Origin: Eledone cirrhosa
Lineage: Eukaryota
DNA length: 64,000 nucleotides
NCBI GenBank assembly: GCA_964016885.1
Contig: OZ024741.1
Span: 310,434,001-310,498,000 of the forward strand
Direction of reading: 5' to 3'
The notes below the pieces were generated by a model. It saw nothing but the letters and a program-made list of their open reading frames with translations. It had not been told where the DNA came from and made no database searches. The translations under genes and the position numbers were made by a program. Within the stretch, counting starts at the first letter, position 1. Every line of letters begins with the position of its first letter. Positions 25,171 to 39,360 of the stretch are shown here, one piece after another.

Positions 25171-26364
25171 TCCTATACACCTTCACACGGTCCTATCTTT
25201 TTAAAAATTTAAATGAAAATTTTTTAATATTTTTAATATTTTTAATATTTTTAATATTATCTAAAATATTTTTAATATTTCAAATTTTTTTTTAATATCT
25301 CTAATATTTATACTATTTTTAATATATACATTTAATATTATAATTTCCGACATTATTTTATTTCTGACATTATTTTTAATTATAATTTAATTCACACCTA
25401 TATTTTTAGATGTCGATTGATAATCCTTAAATCACATTCTGAAAATTTATCCTCTTTACGATAGACCTTCGAAAAACATTACAATTTTCCTCTCTCTTTT
25501 TGTTATTCAAACATTCACACATCTTTCGACTAAAATAATGGATCTCACACAAAATAATACATAATTTTCTCTATATATTTTGGAGTAAATCATTCATCTA
25601 ATTTAATGGTTAACAAACAAAACTGGAGTTATCTTTCCTTTCTCAATCGTGCAAACATAAACATATTATGTTTGATAATCTGTATAGCTTCGCTAAATTA
25701 ACAATATTCTGAAAACATTTTCAATGTGGAACAAAATTTTTGAATCCACAAATTGTTCTACTTTCACAACTTGAACCACCTATTTTTAAGTAAAATACAA
25801 AATCAACATCTTCGTAACTCACATTTGATATATAAACAACTAATACATACGCAATTTTATTATTATACGCATAGATATTTATATACATATAACCTATCGT
25901 AATGTAATAAGATAAAAATACTTACAACCATAATTCTTCATATAATATAATTGATTATATATACAATATTATAACTCATAATATAGGTAAATAAAACTTT
26001 CCCCCCAAATTAACGTAAATGCTAGCTCTTCTTCCTTTCTCTTCTTTTCTCTTCTTTCCTACGCATACAATAACTTATCATAATTATTCAAATTTTCCAT
26101 AGCGTCTAAAATAACGTTTTTTCAGCCTTTTTACCTAAACCTCATTTGCATATTCATCTTAATAATTTGAAATATCTGACTTCTCTTCTCTTATCCCTTC
26201 ACTATCCAAGGATAACTTGAACCGTTAAGGTATATTCTCCTTGATTATGTCAAAATTTATAAAACACACTTCGTATTTTATCTGATGATAGAGTACCAAA
26301 ATTTTGGTATATATATATATGTGTGTATATATAATATTAGTAATAATAATAGAGTTATAATATT

Positions 26365-26690
26365 AATGTTGTTTACTAATAAAACAGTTCAGTCAAATCA
26401 TTTTCTTAACTGTAAAATAAATTTTTCTAATAATATTTCCTTCACATGCATTTTTAATTTACCACTATTTAGTGTTTATTACCATGTTTTATATTTTGTG
26501 CAAATAAACAACGGCAAGCATGGGGAGATGGTAATGCCTTATATTTGGGGTGTCGTCTCATCCGCCATATATAGGCCTACACCTGAATTACACGTGAGAA
26601 TTTGATGCGTTGACCTATGCACCGGACCAACTTTTACACCGGCTTATACGGTCTATGTATATAAATGTAAATACATATATATATTAAAAT
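26365..26690 (+). repeat. Dispersed ~300-bp unit, copy 1 of 3
   Basis: Shares AACGGCAAGCAT..TCTCATCCG..CCTGAATTACAC..TTTACA.CGG with ~29482-29795 and ~34665-34950. Confidence 0.8.
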
Positions 26691-26708
26691 ACATGTATAT
26701 ATATGTAA

Positions 26709-26774
<66 letters not shown>

Positions 26775-26779
26775 TAAAA

Positions 26780-26813
<34 letters not shown>

Positions 26814-26843
26814 TAACATTTCTATATTAAAACCTATATATAT

Positions 26844-26915
<72 letters not shown>

Positions 26916-26994
26916 TTTTAATATAGAACTTTTATACTCTGCTCTGTAATGAGTAACTTACTTACTATGGTTACCTCCGATTCAACCCGGAATA

Positions 26995-28000
<1,006 letters not shown>

Positions 28001-28015
28001 TGTGTGTGTGTGTGT

Positions 28016-28070
<55 letters not shown>

Positions 28071-28359
28071 GAGACATAGAGAGGGGGAGCAAGAGTTACA
28101 AAGTTAGAGAGAGAGAGAATTAGAATGTTGGCTCTAACATAGCTTTATACATATCAGTATGTGTAGTTTGGATATTTAGCAATATGCGGTATGTTTAGGT
28201 ATAATAATAAACAATTGACAGTCTTCAGCTATAAATAGAGACTGATGTGGAAGGGCCATCTAGCGGATCCCAGCAGAGGTAAGGGAGGGTAAATCTCGAC
28301 GATCGTGGTTTCTGATTCTGGTCGCTATCAAGACAGTGCTATATATATATATATATATT

Positions 28360-28757
28360 ACTATTGGTGCTCTGAAATAGCGATGTATACATGAATGTAT
28401 TTATATTATATTTGGCAATATACTGTATGTTTAATTAAAAACATTTAGAAGACCATTCGCTATTAGTTATAAAGTAGTTACTATATCACTTCCTTATTCT
28501 TGGCATATAACAACAGAGAGTAATCCTCAGGCAGTCTGTTTCTCGCTTGTGAGCGATTATCAAGACCGCACACTCCGCAGTTTTTGACGAGAATTATAGC
28601 TGGATTCTTATAGAATTCCAGTAATAATCAGCAGCTGATTATACAGAGCGATTGCTGGTCCAGCAAAAATTAGGTATTAGTATTGGTGATCTTATATTGC
28701 CAAATATACTATACATACATTCATGTCTTGATCGCTATTTCAGAGTACCAATACTAA
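28360..28757 (-). mobile_element. Hammerhead-bearing permuted/fold-back repeat (family E), degenerate copy
   Basis: Homologous to 29800-30208. The minus strand of 28530-28563 reads TTGATAA-TCGC-TCACAA-GCGA-GAAA-CAGACTG-CC. The terminal ~60 bp are inverted. Confidence 0.75.
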
Positions 28758-28873
28758 CATCTAATTTTTGCATTTACCTTATATTTACACACACAAACAC
28801 ACACACATAAGCGCGCGCAAACATATATATGTGTGTGTGAGTATAGTAAATACGTAAGAAGTTTATGATATAC

Positions 28874-29005
28874 CTTGTTGGCAGTCACCAGTATAACCTG
28901 CAGAACATCCATCTGAACATGGTCCATTTCGCTTGTCACAGTTACTATTGTCGAGACAATGACATTTCCCTGTACAATTAACACCAAAGTTTCCTATTGG
29001 GCATT
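28874..29005 (-). CDS. Internal exon encoding an EGF-like (MEGF/SREC/laminin-EGF type) module
   Basis: TTTCAG acceptor and G|GTATAT donor; 132 bp, phase 1-1, no stops: (x)CPIGNFGVNCTGKCHCLDNSNCDKRNGPCSDGCSAGYTGDCQQ with 8 Cys. This frame is not in the ORF track. Confidence 0.9.
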
Positions 29006-29041
29006 CTGAAATATATATAATATTCCTATATTAAACATCAT

Positions 29042-29086
<45 letters not shown>

Positions 29087-29799
29087 CGCACAAACACACC
29101 CTCCTCCCACCCACACACACTCCTACACACACACACACTCACACACAATCATGTATATATAAATATATATATACTGTATATATATAAATGCATACATCTT
29201 TACATATATACATACTTACATACATATATACATACATATATACATATATATACATATATTCATATACTGTATATATATAATATTAGTATTAATATTAGTT
29301 ATAATATTAATGGTATACTGATTCACTGAATTATCTAAACTATTGGAAAAACTACAGTAATTGCCCCACGAAACAAAACTGGCCTAAAGTAAAAATATAT
29401 CGCCATGTAATTCTGACACACAGAGGATAAGGAATATTTAGGTTTTTAAAATTACCACGTATCAAGTAACGGTGTGGTAGCATGTTGTTTACTAATATAA
29501 CAGTTCAGTTAAATCATTTAGTTAACTGTAAAATAAATTTTTCTAATTGTATTTTCTTCACATGCATTTTTATTTTACAACCATTTAGTGTTTAATTCTA
29601 TGTTTTATATTTTATGCAAATAAACAACGGCAAGCATATCTACGGCTGGGAAGATGGTAATACCTTATATTTGTGGTGTCATCTCATCCGGCGTATATAG
29701 CCCTACACCTGAATTACACCTCAGAAATTGATGGGTCGATTATGCACCCGATCAACTTTTACACCGGCTTATACGGTATATACATATAAATGTATAGAA

Positions 29800-30208
29800 G
29801 CTTATAGAAAATTACAGAAGCTGGATTCTTATAGAATTCCAGTAATAATCAGGAGCTGATTATACAAAGCTGGTCTAGCAAAAATTACGTATTAGGATTG
29901 GTGCTCTGAAATAGCGATGTATACATGAATGTATGTATGGCATATTTGGCAATATGCCGCATGTTTATAAGAATCCAACTTCGGCGGAAGCAGGGGGTGT
30001 GTGTCTCTGATGATCGCCAACCAGCGTGAAACAGACTGTCAGCTTTTCTCCCTTCTTTCGCCGAAAATAAGTAAGTGACATAGTCACTACTTTAAAACTG
30101 ATAGCGTATGGTCTTCTAAATGTTTTTAATTAAACATACGGTATATTGCCAAATATACTATACATACATTCATGTATACATAGCTATTTCAGAGAACGAA
30201 TCCTAATA
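29800..30208 (+). mobile_element. Hammerhead-bearing permuted/fold-back repeat (family E)
   Basis: 29890-29965 is the reverse complement of 30133-30208. The interior carries an intact hammerhead core. Confidence 0.8.
30001..30046 (+). ncRNA. Minimal type I hammerhead ribozyme candidate
   Basis: CTGATGA(30007-13), stem II CGC/GCG with a CAACCA loop, GAAA(30028-31), palindromic stem III CAG-A-CTG, GTC cleavage triplet ending at 30040. Stem I is weak. Confidence 0.7.
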
Positions 30209-30225
30209 TATATATATATACATAC

Positions 30226-30700
30226 ATAAATGTTTGTATATGTATAATAAAGCCAAAACAATGCAGGTATGGACATAGAATAAAGAATGCAAATGCAAAA
30301 GATATTGTTGACAAATGGTCTTTTACCTTAGATTTATTTAAATGTTCTTAATTTTCGAGATAATATCTCTTCTTCGGAGGGAAGTAAAGCGATTAAACCA
30401 GTGTTCAAAATAGCTTGCCAAGTCATGCTGACAGGAAATGGTATAGAGTATCTGTTCTATCTCAAATATAAAAGAGTTAAGGTTAGGTGGATAAAGAGTA
30501 GTCTCCCTTTAAAAGGTTTTTTTTTTACATACCTGTTTAAGTGTGTGGGAGAATGAGTGAAGGTGTAAGTAGGTGTATGTGTGTGTGTGAGTGTGAGAAG
30601 ATATGTCTATACGTAAATTTGGGGGATAGATGTTATCTCGTGTTAGAACTGGTCTTTGTGTGTGTATGTGTGTGTGTGAGAGAGAATAAGTAGAGGTGTA

Positions 30701-30772
<72 letters not shown>

Positions 30773-33510
30773 CGTATGTGTATGCGTGTGTGTGGGAGAG
30801 TGTGTAAATATGGGGTTAGAAGCTCTATCAAGTTATAAATTGGGTGTTGAGTTCTAGTCTATTATTGATTGGTTGTCGTGTTTTGTCTATAATTAGTGCT
30901 TCCTTAATTCTAAGATTACCGAGGTTTCTTTCCTTAGTTTCTATCCTAACTGTTATGGTTTTGTCGGCGTTTTTGCATTTAAGTAGGTGTTTCTTAAATG
31001 AGGAGGCGTTAGTATTGAGGTGTTCTTTTATTCTTATGTGGAGGGATCTGGTGGTGCTACCTACGTAGAACTTGCTGCATTTGTCGCACTCTAGTCTGTA
31101 TACGACGTAAGCCTGGTGGCATAGGTCTGTGTCGTTGATGGGGCAGTTGGCTAGCCTGCAGCGGCCGTCATGTCTGGTGGAGTTTCTTTTGGTTAGCTGT
31201 CCGCGTAGAGAAGGACGTGAGTGGGCTAGTTGGATAGCTAGTCCCTCTCGTCTGATAGCACTGCGGATGGCAGTTGTTGTTTCGTCACTGAAGTGTGGGA
31301 GCTTCAAGAAGCAAGTGTTAGTGCTTCGGGTGTGGTGTCCTCTGTTATTTCTGGCACGGTTTGTGGTGGATGTCGTGTATCCGTTCAGTTTGAGTACTTC
31401 CAGGAAATGTGTGGTGTGTGTGTCTCGGTCTCTAGTGTCGGTGCATTTGTTCCGGATACGTGTAGTTCGTTCCTTATGTATCCGAACTTAATGCCGGCTG
31501 GGAGGGCCGATCTGAAATGTACGAACAGGTCCCTGCTGGCGGATTTTTTATAGAAGCAGGTGTGGATGTTGCCTTCCTCTGTTACCCTGAGTTGGAAGGC
31601 CAGTAGGGATAGGGATCCGCGGTCATCGGGGTGTTCCATGCTGAACTTTATACTGGCATCCATGCTGGAGAATGTTATGTATATTTTGTCCGCCTCCTCA
31701 CGGGATGATGTAAGGATGAGTATGTCATCTACATATCGGGTGAAGAAGGTATGGGAATGGCAGGTGTTGACGGCTCGGCATTCTAACTGGTTCATATAGG
31801 TGATGGCCAACAGGCCCGATTGGATGGATCCCATGGGTAATCCTGTTGTCTGTCTGTATGTGTGGTGGTGGAAGGTGAAGTACGTGTTCTCCACTGTGAA
31901 GGACAAAAGCTGGTGTATGTCCGTCGGATGGAGGCCGTAGCAGTGGATGTCCTCTGCGACCACGCAGTCCGTCAATAAATCGACAGCTGGATGAGCGGGG
32001 ACTGTAGTGAAGAGGGAGACAACGTCGAGGCTAAAGGCGTATCTATTTAGTAAAAGTTGTTCTGGTTGGAGTTGGTGTAGTCTACGTATGTCTTCGTCGG
32101 AGCTACTGACATGCCCGGGAAAGGTGGAGAGTAGAAGCTTGAGGATCTGGGAGAGGAGCCAGGAAATTTTGTATAGGGGTCCTTCTATGCTAGAGACGAT
32201 GGGTCTTATTTGTGTCTTAGTACTATTCTTGTGGGTCTTGATGAGGTGGTAGAAAGTGGGCAGTTTGCTATTTCTAGTGGTGTAGTTGAGCTTAACCAGC
32301 TGTCGATTTAGTAACGGACTGCGTGGTCGCAGAGGACATCCACTGCTACGGCCTCCATCCGATGGACATACACCAGCTTTTGTCCTTCACAGTGGACAAC
32401 ACGTACTTCACCTTCCACCACCATACATACAGACACACAACAGGATTACCCATGGGATCCAGCCTATCGGGCCTGCTGGCCATCACCTATATGAACCAGC
32501 TAGAATGCCGAGCCGTGAGCACCTGCCATTCCCATATCTTCTTCACCCGATATGTAGATGACATACTCATCCTTACATCATCCCGTGAGGAGGCGGATAA
32601 AATATACACAACATTCTCCAGCAGGGACGCCAGTATAGAGTTCAGCATGGAACACCCCGATGACCGCGGATCCCTATCCCTACTGGACTTCCAACTCAGG
32701 GTAACAGAGGAAGGCAACATCCACACCTGCTTCTATAAAAAAGCCGCCAGCAGGGACCTGTTCGTACATTTCAGATCGGCCCTGCCAGCTGGCGCTAAGT
32801 TCGGATACATAAGGAACGAACTACACGTATCCGGAACAAATGCACCGATGCTAGAGACCGAGACACACACACCACACATTTCCTGGAAGTACTCAAACTG
32901 AACGGATACACGACATCCACCACAAACCGTGCCAGAAAGAACAGGGGACACCACACCCGAGGCACTAACACATGCTTCCTGAAGCTCCCACACTTCAGTG
33001 ACGAAACAACAACAGCCATCCGCAGAGCTATCAGACGAGAGGGACTAGCTATCCAACTAGCCCACTCACGTCCTTCTCTACGCGGACAGCTAACCAAAAG
33101 AAACTCCACCAGACATGACGGCCGCTGCAGGCTAGCCAACTGCCCCATCAACGACACAGACCTATGCCACCAGGCTTACGTCGTATACAGACTAGAGTGC
33201 GACAAATGTAGCAAGTTCTACGTAGGTAGCACCACCAGACCCCTCCACATAAGAATAAAAGAACACCTCAATACTAACGCCTCCTCATTTAAGAAACACC
33301 TACTTAAATGCAAAAACGCCGACAAAACCATAACAGTTAGGATAGAAACTAAGGAAAGAAACCTCGGTAATCTTAGAATTAAGGAAGCACTAATTATAGA
33401 CAAAACACGACCACCAATCAATAATAGACTAGAACTCAACACCCAATTTATAACTTGATAGAGCTTCTAACCCCATATTTACACACTCTCCCACACACAC
33501 GCATACACAT

Positions 33511-33595
<85 letters not shown>

Positions 33596-34115
33596 TACAC
33601 CTCTACTTATTCTCTCTCACACACACACATACACACACAAAGACCAGTTCTAACACGAGATAACATCTATCCCGCAAATTTACGTATAGACATATCTTCT
33701 CACACTCACACACACACATACACCTACTTACACCTTCACTCATTCTCCCACACACTTAAACAGGTATGTAAAAAAAAAAAACCCTTTAAAGGGAGACTAC
33801 TCTTTATCCACCTAACCTTAACTCTTTTATATTTGAGATAGAACAGATACTCTATACCATTTCCTGTCAGCATGACTTGGCAAGCTATTTAGAACACTGT
33901 TTTAAACGCTTTACTTCCTTCCGAAGAAGAGATATTATCTCGAAAATTAAGGATATTTAAATAAATCTAAGGTAAAAGACTAATTGTCAACAATATCTTT
34001 TGCATTTGCATTCTTTATTCTATGTCCATACCTGCATTGTTTTGGCTTTATTATACATATACAAACGTTTATACCTCATTACACAATGCTTCAAGTGAAC
34101 TATAACTTCCTCCCA
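30226..34115. mobile_element. Penelope-like element as a 3.9-kb head-to-head palindrome (RT + GIY-YIG + pLTR)
   Basis: 30226-31996 is the reverse complement of 32290-34072. RT motifs GLPMGS.LS..LA and FTRYVDD; GIY-YIG VVYRLECDKCSKFYVGST..RIKEH..KEALII..IN. The spacer 31997-32289 is upstream RT sequence on the minus strand. The right arm has a ~40-nt extra tail before (TA)n. Confidence 0.95.
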
Positions 34116-34154
34116 TATATATATATATATATATACATTTATTTATAATTATAT

Positions 34155-34372
34155 TAGTCGCGGTTTCAATTGTAGATAACCAGTGTAAGTATGGAATAAC
34201 ATACAATTGTAGGGTGTAAATATCACGTTTAATATAGCCATGGCTTCTACAATACTAGAACTATTTCATTCAAAAGTAATCACCAGGAAAGCCGATTCCT
34301 GATGATTTCTTTGGATGAAACCTTTCTAGATCTGTAGAAGCAATTTCTATATTAAGCATCATATTTACACAC
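34155..34372. repeat. Family A fold-back, copy 2
   Basis: Homologous to 438-656; CTGATGA at 34299-34305 and GAAA at 34317-34320. Confidence 0.85.
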
Positions 34373-34421
34373 ACAAGAACAAACAAACAAACAAATACAC
34401 ACACACATACACACACAAACA

Positions 34422-34529
<108 letters not shown>

Positions 34530-34941
34530 CATTTCATTAATTACATACAGATATCAATGACACAATTTTATACCAAATCTTAAGATTAAAGTGGTCTTGT
34601 GATAAACATATGAACTTGTATACTTATTGAATATTATATCGATCCTCTATAATATATACATGGATTTTTAGTTCAGTTAAATGTAAATTTAAAAACATTA
34701 TGAAAGAAACAAACAATATAAGAAATATAACACATTCAAAATCTTACCATATTCTATCAGTTCCTACGGCATGTATTTGCAACGGCAAGCATATCTAGGG
34801 CTGGGAAGATCGTACTAACTTATAGTTGGGATGTCGTCTCATCCGGCGTATATAGGACTAAACCTGAATTACACCTCAGAATTTGATGGGTCGATCTATG
34901 TACCGGATCAATATTTACAACGGTATATATGGTATATATAT

Positions 34942-35209
34942 ATAAATGTAATCTGAGTTTTTCGAATATTAATAATAACATTCGATTCGTTTACAATTAT
35001 GCAAATAAGCCTCATTATTGTAGCCATGTCAGTAGAATAAACCGTTCATTCCTGCTTTTGTGTTGTCATGTACATGTTTACATGTCAAGACAAGAGCAAG
35101 AATGAAGGGTTCATTCTACTGACATTGCTATAAAAATGAGGTTTGTTTGCATAATTGTAAACGAATCGAATGTTATTATTAATATTCGAAAAACTCAGAT
35201 TACATTTAT
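34942..35209. repeat. Long hairpin, ~130-bp arms (family F)
   Basis: ATAAATGTAATCTGAG.. pairs with ..CTCAGATTACATTTAT. The outer ~55 bp are essentially perfect and the centre is ACATGTTTACATGT. Confidence 0.9.
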
Positions 35210-35267
35210 TGTATTCAGCCATGTAGAGTGGAAATTTTTTCTCTCTCTATATATATATATACAATAT

Positions 35268-35334
<67 letters not shown>

Positions 35335-35335
35335 A

Positions 35336-35388
<53 letters not shown>

Positions 35389-35494
35389 GAGACAAAGAGA
35401 GAAAACAAAATTGTTGCCTCTATCATAGCTTTATACATAGAAGTACGTGTAGTTTATATAAATATAAATAAATGTACATTTATTTATATTTATA

Positions 35495-35712
35495 TTAGTC
35501 CCGGTTTCAAACGGAGGTAACCAGTGTAAATATGGAACAAAATACAATTGTAGGGTGTAAATATCACATTTAATATAGATATAGCTTCTACCGTACTAGA
35601 ACTATTTCATTCAACAGTAATCATTAGGAAAGCAGTTTCCTATTATTTATTTGCATGAAACTATTCTAGTCCTGTAGAAGCGATTTCTATATGAAACATT
35701 ATATTTACACAC
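35495..35712. repeat. Family A fold-back, copy 3
   Basis: Homologous to 438-656; retains GAAA-CTA-TTC-TAG-TC at 35657-35671. Confidence 0.85.
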
Positions 35713-35720
35713 ACACACAC

Positions 35721-35788
<68 letters not shown>

Positions 35789-35789
35789 A

Positions 35790-37041
35790 CAGGGTGCGGA
35801 CGGTATTTGGGGACAGATTTATCGTTTTAGAAAAACACTTATATAAAGAAACAGAAAAACCTGTATTCTTATAAAAATAACATAATCATAAAGCTAAATT
35901 ATCAATTTAATAATTGCATTCAATAAAAGCATCAATAACTGCTTCCACGTGTGGTTGAAATCGTTTGCAAGCTCAGATTAAGTGGTCCTTGTTCATATCA
36001 GACAGACTCGAACTATTGCGGCTTTCAAAGAATCTTTGGTGCTCTGGGGTTGTTCATTGACATTTTTCTCAACGATGCTCCATACATAGTAGTCCAGTGG
36101 ATTGAGATCTGGAGAATTAGGAGACCAAATATTGGGGGTGGTGTGATCATGCAAATTGACGTCCATCCATTCTTGTGTCATTTGAGCCTTGTGTGATGGT
36201 GCAGAATCTTGCTGAACGACATAAGGCCTCCCATTGCATATATTGTTGATCCAAGAACGTTTTCCAGAACCTCAATATACGCAGCAGCAATCACCCTAAG
36301 GCCTTGTGGACAAAAGTGAGGAGGATCACATGTCCTTCATTGCTAACAACACGCAAAACCATGACACTTGAAGGAAATTATGTGTGCATTACTCTTGGAA
36401 CCTCAGAAGGGTCTGGACATAGCGACCTGTCATTTCTTCTGTTAGCTTTCTGGTCCTGGTCAAAGTTTTTCACATCTGAGAAAAAACAAATTACATCATC
36501 TTCTGAAGAATTTTTATGCTTGTTCAAAAGTCTTTTAGATCTGATTAAACGGTTTTCTTTTGTTTTGTCTGACATGAATTGACCTCTCCTCACCACGTAA
36601 GATTTGTATATGATGTCTTCATGCACAACATATCTGATTGGTTTTTCTGACACACCAACATTTTTTGCAATTGATCTCATTGATTTTCCTGGATTGTCAT
36701 CAATGTTTAGCTTAACTTCCTGAATAAATTCAGGTGTCCTGATAGAATCAGAGCATTTGGAATGTTTTTTTTTACGTTTTGATACAGGTAGTACGCTGCC
36801 ATCTTCTTTCTCTAACTCACACCGAATCTTGTGGACAAAAGATCTTGCAGCTTTCAGAAAAAGAGAAATTTCTATATCACCATGCTTAGCCTTCAAAGCC
36901 ACAATCACAACATGTCTTTTCGTTTCATTAGTAAGCATAGTTATTTTCATTGTTATTTTCTGAAATAGAAGTTTAATAAATATTAGTCAAATAAAATAAT
37001 GACTAAAAATGCATGTGTCCTCAAACACCGTCCGCAATCTG
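35790..37041 (-). mobile_element. Tc1/mariner-superfamily transposon (maT/DD37D-like), full length but disrupted
   Basis: TIRs CAGGGTGCGGACGGTATTTGGGGACA and CAGATTGCGGACGGTGTTTGAGGACA, in (TA)n context. Transposase has an HTH region, FFSDVKNF, VQQDSAPSH and WSPNSPDLNPLDYYVW. Confidence 0.9.
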
Positions 37042-37043
37042 TG

Positions 37044-37114
<71 letters not shown>

Positions 37115-37116
<2 letters not shown>

Positions 37117-39360
37117 CGTTTCTGAATTTGTTTAGCAAGATTCTTTATCTGAAATCGTGTGTTGAAACCAATATTGTTATACTTTGGGAGGGTCATGTTG
37201 CCAATAAGAAACACACGCACCAGTTGCTTTCACTTCAATTTATTATAATAAATTTATAAATTTCTGGTTGGTTGGTTGGTTCCACAACCATATAGTTGTT
37301 TATATATTGTCATAGTTCTTTCGTCACACACTCTGTGACCCCTTCAGTGACTGGGTATTCCTTTCTTTGTTTCTGTGCCTCTCCTTTGTTCTGTCCTACG
37401 CCATTTTGTTTCTGTGTGTGTGTTGTGTGCTCAGTCTGCGCATGCGCCACATCCGGGTGTCTGTGTGTGTTTATGTTCATTTATTTATTTGTTTATTTAC
37501 ATGTTACTGGTTGGTTGTTTGTTCTATGTGTGTGTGTGCTTTCATTTTGTCCTTAATTGTAAGTTGTGATGTTGCTGTTCCACTCATATTTTCTATTTAA
37601 TTTTGGTTGTAATTCTTTTATGTTTATTGCCTCTGTAATTTGTCTAAACATTGCGTCTTTTCTGTGTGTAGATTCTATTTTTATTTCTATGTTCTCTAAT
37701 TTACCCTTGTGTTCTATTTTAGCATGTTGGTAGAGTACAGATGATTCTTTACTATCTTGAAGGTCTCGCCAGTGTTCATTTATCCGTTCCCCTACACTAC
37801 GAGCTGTCTCACCTATGTACACTATATTTTTGTCTCTACATTGTCCTTCAGTACATCTTATGCTATACACTACATTTCTAGGTTTACAGTTAATATGGGG
37901 GCTTATTTTACAGGTTATACATTTCCTATCTATACATGAGGGTCTTTGAAAAGGGTATGTCTTGCTAATAAGTGTTTTTACGGAGGTACCTGGTCTTTCT
38001 ACTATCTTAATATTGAGTTTATGTTTATTTAGGGCCCTTCTAAATTTGTAAGCTAATTCACCTCTAGGGGTTGTATCGATGAACATTACACTCTGGTATT
38101 TATTGCTATCATACCATGAGTTTATTCTATTAGCCTTGTTCCTAGTTCATTCTATTCTATTCCAAAATTTGCTCCTATACAAGGGGCAGGTCCCATTTAT
38201 GTCATTATTTACCATTTTTGTATGTGACAGCACGGAGGACCTCCTCAGCAGAATCGGCGTGAGTAACCGATCTAGGGCCCTAACAAACTGCATAATAGGT
38301 AGTATGGATGTTGTGTCCCTGTATCCATCTATTGACGTGGATTTTGCTGTGGAGAAATGCGTAGAAATGATCAGTGAGATCAATGTTGAGTTCCGTGGGA
38401 TTGATACCAGTGATCTGGGACTCCTACTTAAACTTACCTATAGTAATAATTACCTAGACACATATGACCTTAGCAACCTGTGCCCTACAAGACCAGCAAG
38501 AGGCAGACCACCTACCATTACCTCAGTGGCCAAGAAAACCCACACAGATAGATGGAACGGGTGGACCAGAGCCATACGGACACCCGAAAACCACGATGAA
38601 CTGAAGAAAATGATTGCACGTGCGTTAGGGGCCAGCATAAAACTAACCCTTAAGGAACATATGTTCAAATTTAATGGAAAAACATATGCCCAAGAGGAAG
38701 GAGCAGCCATTGGTGTTAGCATTGCAGGCGACATAGCTAACTTATTCATGGTATGGTGGGACAGTAGACTTAAACTTAAACTTAAAGAACAATTAGAAGA
38801 CCCTTAACCCTGATAATGTACTCCCGCTACGTTGATGATATAAACATCGTAGTTAAGACACCCCCACTAGAGTACAGTCAGGAACTAGAGAAAAACACAA
38901 TGGAAAGCATCCAGCAAATAGAAAACTCCATCCACCAGAGCATTAGAGTTACTATAGACTACCCAAGTAAACACCCCAACCATCGATTACCTGTATTAGA
39001 CACAGAGCTCTGGTTAGATACCATTAACAACAAAAAACAAATCCTCCATTCCCATTATGCCAAACCCATAACTTCCAAACATCTGATCCACCGAAACTCG
39101 GCCGTTTCGGACCATACCAAAATCAACATACTGATTGCGGATGTGGTACGGGTGATGAGAAACGTGTCCCGCATGTGCAACCCCGAAAACTAGAGAGACA
39201 CATACAACACTTCATCCACCGTATGCAGTTCTCTGGCTACAATCTGAGAGATAAAATCAGAGTGTATAGAGGAGCCAGAACCAAATGGGAAAAAATGGTA
39301 AATAATGACATAAATGGGACCTGCCCCTTGTATAGGAGCAAATTTTGGAATAGAATAGAA
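37115..39360. mobile_element. Penelope-like element, RT on + (38220-39360) with an inverted 3' GIY-YIG portion on - (37553-38219)
   Basis: SMDVVSLYPSID, GAAIGVSIAGDIANLFM, YSRYVDD, LPVLD on +; NVVYSIRC..YIGETARSVGERINEH..RQITEAI..LN on -. A 70-bp segment (38150-38219) is the reverse complement of 39291-39360. Confidence 0.9.
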
